From assembly GCF_009914755.1 (NCBI RefSeq), contig NC_060929.1: a stretch of 64,000 nucleotides of DNA; one strand, written 5' to 3'. Below, piece by piece: positions 55,736 through 64,000 of the stretch. A program made the position numbers and the translations under genes. Numbering within the stretch: position 1 is the stretch's first letter; each line of letters starts with the position of its first letter. This stretch comes from the human T2T-CHM13v2.0 reference genome, Homo sapiens. The notes beneath the pieces were generated by a model that was given only the letters and a program-made list of their open reading frames with translations, did no database searches and was not told the origin of the DNA.

Positions 55736-56882
55736 AATGGCACATGCCAGGCACCAGTATAGAACACAGAAGATACAGCTCCCTGAAGCCTGGCTCTTAT
55801 AAATAAGTCTTAGAATATCACTTTTGAAAATAATTTTCTATATGTCCATTAACCTCTAATTCTTATATTAGATGGGTTCACCGATATTCAATTTATATTG
55901 TGATTCATAAACCACACAGGCTACAATAAATATTTGTGTGCACCAAATATCGTATCATCTAAGCAATTCTTTTACAGGCAAACATACCACAATATAAATA
56001 CAATAAAAGTAATTATATTTATGTCATGATAAATGTACTTGTTTTGACTGAAAGCTGAAGTTAACTAAAATAGTTGAAAGGGCCTTGGGTAAACCTTTGC
56101 TGTCTCGTAAACTAGCCATGGCACAAGCCTGACAGCACAAAGAAATCCACAGCAGTGAGGTTATTTCAGTCACAGGCAGCCTCAGCAGCTTCAGTGGCTG
56201 AGTCAGACGACCTTTTCTGACAGCACGTGCATGCCAGGCTGCTTGCAGGAGACAAAGCATCAACAGTCTCCTGAGTGAAGCACTCTCATCCCTCCCCATA
56301 GGTTTTCTATTACAGGCTCCTTCAAAAAAAAACAGAAATAGGCCATTTCCAGAGAAACTTAGATGGTAGGTTATGCACACAGAAGACTAGCAGAGGGGCT
56401 CATAGGGAGTTGAGAGCTTAACACAATAACAGGATTCCTCCTGAGAAACAGCCAAATTAGTTCCCTTTGGAAGACTCAAGAGTCCTTGCTACTCCTTGTC
56501 ATACACATGGAAGGCAACACCCAAGAGTCATTCCCTGGCTGGTTTTGCACTTGAACTTGTAAAGTTTATCAGGGAAGACTTCACCCTCACTCAAAGAGAG
56601 GGAGGTCCAGAAATAACACTGTCTGGACTGAAAAGAGAAACATCTCTCTAGCATGTGTGGCAATATGCGCCCATGTGCACTATTTTTCCCAAGTAGCTAC
56701 CTAGGTCCATAAGAGGGGTAGGAAGATACAGCCAGCATCAACTGTGTCACAACTTTGTGGGGAAGCATGCAAATGGCTGCACATTTTAAGAAATATGAAT
56801 GTAATGTTCATATTGGTTTTGTTAAAAACAGACATAAGTGATCACCTCTATGGTTTTACACAACTCATAAGTTTATCTAGAA

Positions 56883-57231
56883 AAGTGGTCCCCAGCTTTT
56901 TTGGCTGGTACTAGGGATCAGTTTTGTGGAAGACACTTTTTCCACAGATGGGGGTTGGGCAGGGACGTGGTTTTGGGATGAAACTGTTCCACCTCAGATC
57001 ATCAGGCGTTAGTTAGATTCTCATAAGGAGCGAGCAACCTAGATCCCTCACATGCAGAGTTCATAACAGGGTTCCCACTCCTATGAGAATATAATGCCAG
57101 GGCTGATCTAACAGGAGGCAGAGCTCAGGCAGTAATGCTCACTCACCCACCACTCATCTCCCACTGTGCGGCCCAGTTCCTAACAGACCATGGGCCAGTA
57201 CAGGTCCATGGCCTGAGGGTTGGGGCCCTTG
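56883..57231 (+). mobile_element. MER1B-like hAT DNA transposon
   Basis: Homologous to 15389-15731; TSD atctagaa / gtctagaa. Confidence 0.85.
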
Positions 57232-58159
57232 GTCTAGAACACATCTGAAAACAAAACTTTGCCAAAAAGGACTAATGTTTCCCTTTTGCAGAGTCTAGAA
57301 ATAAGTAACATCAAGGACAATTTGATTTTCTTTTAAATTCACAATAAACATACTCATTTACTTCTTGATGTAAAACATTTGCTGTAAATTATATAATTTA
57401 AAAATTATAAACAAAAAAGCAAGATGTATGTTCCTTTGCCACCCTGCTTCTAAATCCAAAACAAATTTAAGATGCCTAAGGGAATCTTAGTACTTTAAAT
57501 ATTTATAGTTCTATCCTCTTTAAAACTCAAGTCAAAACTCAAATCACCAGGGAGAAGAAAGGTTGAGAAGATGCAGCATTGTGGAGTGGGAAGATGCTGG
57601 CACAGAGCTTTAGGAGACAAGCTCTAATCCAGATTCCACAATTCAAAAGAAAGGAGATGAGCTAAGAGTTCTTTATTTAAGAAAAAAAAAAAAAGACGCC
57701 GTTGACTATGTTATATAGGGTGTAGTCACACTGTTATGCCTCCCACTGCTTAAGATACTATAGTACTAGAACAGACATTCAGTCACCACATTTAGAGAAA
57801 TATGTAAAAAGCTTAAAGGTCAAAGAGGCTAGACAATCGAATGAAAAGAGTCCAAGAGAAAGACTGAATGAATGCACGGGGCCACTGAACACAGGATGAT
57901 GCCTTTCTCAAAGACATCTCTAAGGTAGATGGTACTAGAACAAAAAAAAAAAAGACTACAATTGAAATAATTGTCAAGGAAGGTCTGGGATAGAAAAATA
58001 AGCTGGGCAAAAAAAAAAAAAAACTCCTTATTTGCTTGTATCTAATAGTTAGCAATGAAATGGACTACTTCTGGAGATTCAATATCTTCCAAGAGTTTAA
58101 AGCATCCATTGATAGATAACATGGAAGCATTTCATTACATAATGGAAAAGAGTAGACAG

Positions 58160-58375
58160 CCTGGAATCAGTTTCTCTGTGGGTCTCTCCTGGTTCCACCT
58201 AAGCTGTGTGACATTGGGTATATAACTTAACCTCTCTATGCCTTAAAGTCATCATCTCTAAAATAAAGATAATTATTATTCCTATCTCATAGGACTATTG
58301 TGAGAATTTAAAATAATGCACATAAGGAATACGGTAGTGACTAATACATCATAAATGCCTGAATAGTAGCTAACA
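58160..58375. mobile_element. MIR
   Basis: gctgtgtgacattggg..acttaacctctct..catctctaaaat..cctatctcatagg. Confidence 0.7.
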
Positions 58376-58874
58376 TTATTGGCATTTTGCATGCAGAAGA
58401 ATATGCAGTTAACTTAATGATCCCTGAAGATTCCTCTTAAATGTTGCACTTCAGAGACCAGCTTATAATCATCCATCCCACTATGACTCCCATAAAAGAA
58501 AGCAAGATAGGGCTTGAAAAGTCATAGCAACCTGGAGGCCAGCGCAGGTAACGGAGTGCATAGGGTATAGCACAGAACAGGGGGCTGGAGGTCCAGGGTA
58601 CTCACTGGACTCAAAATACAAATCACAAAGCCAAAACAGAGTTTCACATCAGAAAATGCCCAATCTAGGCACTAACCCCAATTCCAAATTATTTTCCACT
58701 TTTGAGAGCACAGTTCTTACAATTCAATCTATGGTCATGTTTCTACTATGTATACTATATGTTTCTACTATGAACAGGTGTCAGGGGTAGGCTTACAATA
58801 ATCCTATAGTCCAAAGAGCTGTTTTGCTTATGTTCCTGTACTAGTATAACAGATTATTCTTGATCCTTCTAATC

Positions 58875-59340
58875 CAGCTTTGTCCAATAAAACTTCCTGC
58901 AATGATAATGTTTACTTGTGCTAATCAATACAGTAATCACTAGCCACATGTAGCTTTGCTTGATATGGGACTAGTATAAAGGTAAATTCAATTTCTCAGT
59001 CAATTTTTTTTTTTTTTTTTGAGACAGGGTCTCACTGTGTGGCCCAGGCTGGAGCCACAGTGACACAGTCACAGCTCACTGCAGCCTTGACCTCCTGGAC
59101 TCAGGCGATCCTCAGACCTCAGCTCCTGGGTAGCTGGGACTTAGGCACATGCCACCACGTCTGGCTAATTTTTTGTAGACACAGGGTTTCACCATGTTGC
59201 CCTTGAACATCTAGGCTCAAGCGATCCACCTGCCTCAGCCTTCCAAAGTGCTGCGATAAATTAGGCCTGAGCCACTGTGCCATAATTTTAATTTTATAAG
59301 TCACATGTGGCTAGTGGCTACCATACTGGAGAGTGTAGTG
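58875..59340. mobile_element. MER3-like DNA transposon split by an AluJ
   Basis: tgtccaataaaacttcctgcaatgat ... cacatgtggctagtggctaccatactgga. Confidence 0.75.
59004..59282 (-). mobile_element. AluJ-like SINE
   Basis: gagacagggtctcact...cagctcactgcagccttgacctcctgg diagnostic; diverged. Confidence 0.88.
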
Positions 59341-60813
59341 AATTAGGAGTGGTTGCGCACATTACTGTATTGAAAGAGACCCTAATGTGTGTCTCGGCCT
59401 ACCAGGAAAGCATTCTGTGATCCATCAGAGATGTCTGTTCCGGGACACAGGAGGGAAGCCTTTATTACATTTGCAGGCTTAGTTAAAGGATTTTCTCTCC
59501 TTAGGCCAAAAGAGAGCCTCTCTTTCCTAATACCTGCAATGATTCTTCAACACAAGGTTATTTTCTGCTCTTGTAAGAAATGAGATGAACTGAAAAGAAC
59601 CAGATTATAACAGGAAAAATTTTAAAGAGAACTTCACCCAGGATAATGCATAACGCCCCTCTGTACTCTGGAAAGAAATACTGGTTTCTGACAGTTTTAC
59701 AGAAATACAGGAAGTCAACAGGGTGTAAAACTATTGATTATTTTAAGCTATGCTGTAGGCCTTTTTTCAGTAATGCTATAGTTGTGTGCCACGGACAGGT
59801 CATTAAGATGGATGAATAAATTAAAGACAGGTTACACAGAAAGTGTAAGCCACACTATCCATTTTAAATTCAGAAAATGTAAAGCCATTGCAAAAGAAAC
59901 CACCATGCCTCGGTTGAAAGTAACATATACTTCAGCAATTTAAAAATAGCACACTTCATTTTCCAAGAAAGGAACAAAACTCTAACATTTGATTGTTTCA
60001 AAATACACTGTACTGACTTCATGAAACATTATCTTGGCCTTGTAAAAATGAATCAAAAGATACCACATACAACACCTGCCATCATGAGAAAAATCAATCA
60101 GGAACCTATGTATTTTCAATTCCAGATCCCAATAGGGGTCCTATAAAGCCCTCCCAAGGAAAAACTACCTCAAACTCCCACGAAAATTGGGTTCCAAGTT
60201 GATCCTCAAAGCCTCAAGTTAAGAACCATTTGAAGTCTTCTTTGAGGTTCAATATGTTACAACCAAAATGGCACGGTTTTGGTATAAGCCCCTGTTTCTG
60301 CCCTGGGTCCTTAAGCCTGGAAAGGCTGCAGAATTATCCAAGCCCCTTCCAAACACTGAGATACCCAAAGGACAGTCAGTGCCTGAATTTGCTCTGAATT
60401 GAACCACATCAAAGTAGTTATATGTGCAATGCTCTTCCCTTAAAGAAATCACAAAATCTATCACAGTAAGATCATGAACTTCTTCTGACACATTTACTGT
60501 TTTCCAGGGATTCCACATACATAAATTCATCTTGGGATTTCATTCAAGGAGATCTATTTCATTTAAGGATCAAAAGACTTTTATAAGCTGGTCCCATTGC
60601 TTGATTCCCAAAGAGAGCATTCTAGTGAGACCCTATCTAACCAGAAAGCTGAAGTTACAGCAAAATTTTAACTATTATATATTTAGATAGAATGGATCCA
60701 TTTCCAAAACAAAAAAAAAAGCTGTCATTGTTATCCATAAAACAAATGAACTGTGGTACTTTTTCTTGAATTAATACTTAACATCAAGTTAAATAATTAA
60801 CACCAAGAATTCA

Positions 60814-60948
<135 letters not shown>

Positions 60949-63009
60949 TCACCTTTAAGGTTTTATAGATTAGAATTTCTATGAACTAAGAATCTAAGAA
61001 TCTTTCCAAAAAGAGTGTATCATATTTTCCATTAATAAAGTTTCATAAATATCTCATAAATTTTAAAAACCATAACTACTTTATTCAATGTATATAGTTT
61101 TGTTTTGAACAGGATTGAGGGAAAGAGGAACTATTTTTCACATTCAACATATAGCTACAACAAAAAAAGGAATATTAATAAATCTATCTTATTTGAAGTT
61201 AATTTCCCTTAATCTTTTAACAAGTATGCTTTGTCCCTATTAGTTAAATATTTCATTCAACCACTTGCTTTCATTAAAATATTAAGAAAGGAAAAGTAGC
61301 AAATGCTTCACATGAGAAGGTACAGTAATTACATTCTCTATTGAAGAGAAGCCTATTGCTGAAACTAAATGAAACATTCATTGATAATTTGTGAGTCAAC
61401 TATAAAGATCATTCTGGAGAATCATTTTCTGATGAAGTTTTTGGAAGTATAACACCCACATCAGACCCCGAGGTGTAAAAATTTCTAGCAGGTGCCAATT
61501 TTGCCGATGGTTTTGCACTCTGATGTTCCTCAATACAGTTCCCCTAATGGTAAAAATTAAAACATATTTTTTGTCTCTGGGAATATACGTTGATGGCAGA
61601 ATTTCTTTGGTAAAAGGAAGTAAGTCACAGCTATGTTTTACTAGCTCTTTTGAGCCACCAATATTTCTTTTGCTCAGATTGAAGAATGAGTACAGGAATA
61701 GGAGCATCCTTGAGAAAGGAGCCCTCGTGAACTTTCACAAGTTGCTGGGTTAGATCCCACCAGACATCCAGGCATCAAAAGCTCCAAGGGCAGAATGGTC
61801 AGAGGCAAAGGAGTCCCAAGTCCCCCACTTGAATAACCTAGACAGACTTCTGTTCCAGCTGTCCCACTAAATATGAAGTTAATCCTAAGGTCACTTGACC
61901 ATTGGTGATGCAAGCTTTCATTTCACACCCGAACTCATTAACCACCAGCATAAAGTCAGTGCCCAGAATAGCCCTTGTGCAGCCTTCAAATACCAGAGCC
62001 AGGCACTGCAGCGCAGAATAAACATGGGAATATTTTCAATAATTCCTTTCTGTTTGGTAGTATACAATTTTGTTAATCTTTTTTAAAAAGCAACTAAACG
62101 TGTAAATATTACACAAACGTGTCAAATAAGGTAAAGATGATGTAAAATTACTCCTGTTATTGCCAAAATTAGTTGTACTTTAAAAAACTGGCTAAATTAA
62201 AGAAATCAAAGAGCATTAATATCACATAAGTCCTTCAGAAATAAAAAGTGATATGAGAGTATCACTGAGAACTTAACTGTAATTGCACCAAAGCTGCATT
62301 TGCTAAAGATTTAAAAATTGTTAATCGAAAGCAGCAAATGATAAATAAGCAAAAACAATGATTTCTGTAATCTGATAGGTAAAGTCTTCAAGATCAGTTT
62401 GGAAAACTCTTAAGTGTACACTCAAAGGTTTCATATTCCTCAAAAAACAACTATATAAATCTATAAATCCAAGATATAAATACTTAGTATGCTTAGAATA
62501 ACCAAAAGATTTTAAAATCTATAAAGTCTGTGGCTGAGAGGATTGAAAATTCAGTATTATAAAGGTTAATCAATTTTTCAGATAGAACCTTTGTAAGCAT
62601 TTCCTAGAAGACACCAAAAGGACTGAAGGACTGACCCCAATGATTATTAGCAGTATCTTTCCAGAGTATCAAATTAGCTTTGACATTTTAAGACAATACA
62701 TGTAAATTACAATATCAATTAAATAAAATTGTATGATGTCACATTTTCTAAGCATGTAACTGGTCTTGGCAACTAAAATACACAAGGAGAAAAACAACTG
62801 CATGTGCCTATATAAAAGGGCATATAGATCCAAATATTTAACAAGCAGTGCAACATAGATATCGACCAGTCTAAACAGACTCCCACAAGTGGACATACCA
62901 GCAGCCCTGCACACACCTATATATGTGCAATACACATGGGCATGTATGATTTTGGGCCATTACGAAAATACATTTTTAAATTCCAAATTCACTCTGATGT
63001 CCATTTTTA

Positions 63010-63180
<171 letters not shown>

Positions 63181-63599
63181 TCATCAGGTATTTGCATAGG
63201 TCTTGATTGTGATAGAGGCACTCTGATAGAGGTAGATAATAAGGATACAAGCCTACTGAGGGAAAATTTCTCAGAGGGAAAAGCATCCCAGAGACTTCAA
63301 AGATAAGCAGTGTTAGGCAAGCAGGACTTAGTCAAAGTGGTCTAAGGGGAGCTAAGGAAACAGACAAGCAAAGGTCCAGTGACAAAAGAAAATTTGTGCA
63401 TTTGAGGAACTGAAAGTTCTATGGCCTGAGGGATAGACTATTTTCATTTTACTATTTGTATGTACAGGTTGTATATTGAATGTGAAAAATAGTCCTTCTT
63501 TCCCTCTCCCCTGAAAAAACAGTTTGCATAAAATGGTCTATGTATTGTTTTCCTACATAAAATAGTTACAAAAATCTATCATTCAGCTATCCTCAATAA

Positions 63600-64000
63600 C
63601 CTATATCACCTGTTGAGATTTTAAATGGGATTCACAGAATCAGTAAATTTGGAGAAAACCAACAAGCCCTATCTTCCCACCCATGAGCATAGTATATGTC
63701 TCCATTTACTGAGGTTTTCTTCGACCTCCTTCAATAGTTTTATTATTTTCTCCATAAAAGCTTTATTTTTTTTCTTAGGTTTATTTATAGGTACTTAGTG
63801 GTTTCTCTTGCTACTGTGAATGTTACATTTGCTCCTATCTACTCTTCTGACATTACTGATCTAGGGAATGCTATTGATTTTTATTTATGTTTATTGCCTT
63901 TTAATTATACTACCAATTTTGGAGGGAAGAACATAAAGCAAAACTGTCTTGCCATCATGTTCTTTTATTCTTGACGGTTTATTTCCGGGAATTAAAACAA
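63600..64000 (-). mobile_element. Old L1M ORF2 fragment
   Basis: tcttcccacccatgagcatagtatatgtctccattt ... aatgctattgatttt. Confidence 0.65.

Noticed and set aside
61396-62086. Cluster of overlapping short ORFs in intron 6
   Set aside because: No recognisable homology; lengths compatible with chance.

Overview
Primate (most likely human) genomic DNA lying entirely inside OXCT1 (mitochondrial succinyl-CoA:3-ketoacid CoA transferase, SCOT), transcribed on the minus strand. Eight GT-AG coding exons splice into one continuous frame matching SCOT residues ~189-416 (exons 6-13 in standard numbering, from memory), including the catalytic S-E-N-G motif. The rest is AT-rich intron with Alu, L1, L2/MIR, CR1/L3, LTR and hAT-type relics. 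No RNA gene, CRISPR array or new protein-coding gene is supported, and I cannot claim a new biological system. Best leads: (1) exons 8-13 form a 516-nt phase-0 block between two long introns, so a back-spliced circle would be a stop-free rolling ORF; (2) a 42-bp near-perfect inverted repeat with an internal duplication in intron 11; (3) splice oddities: a (GT)7 tract at the exon 12 acceptor, a donor-like start of exon 6, and a recursive-splice-like motif in intron 13; (4) a perfect 28-bp palindrome and several exact short tandem duplications. Repeat subfamilies and edges were called by eye and are approximate.
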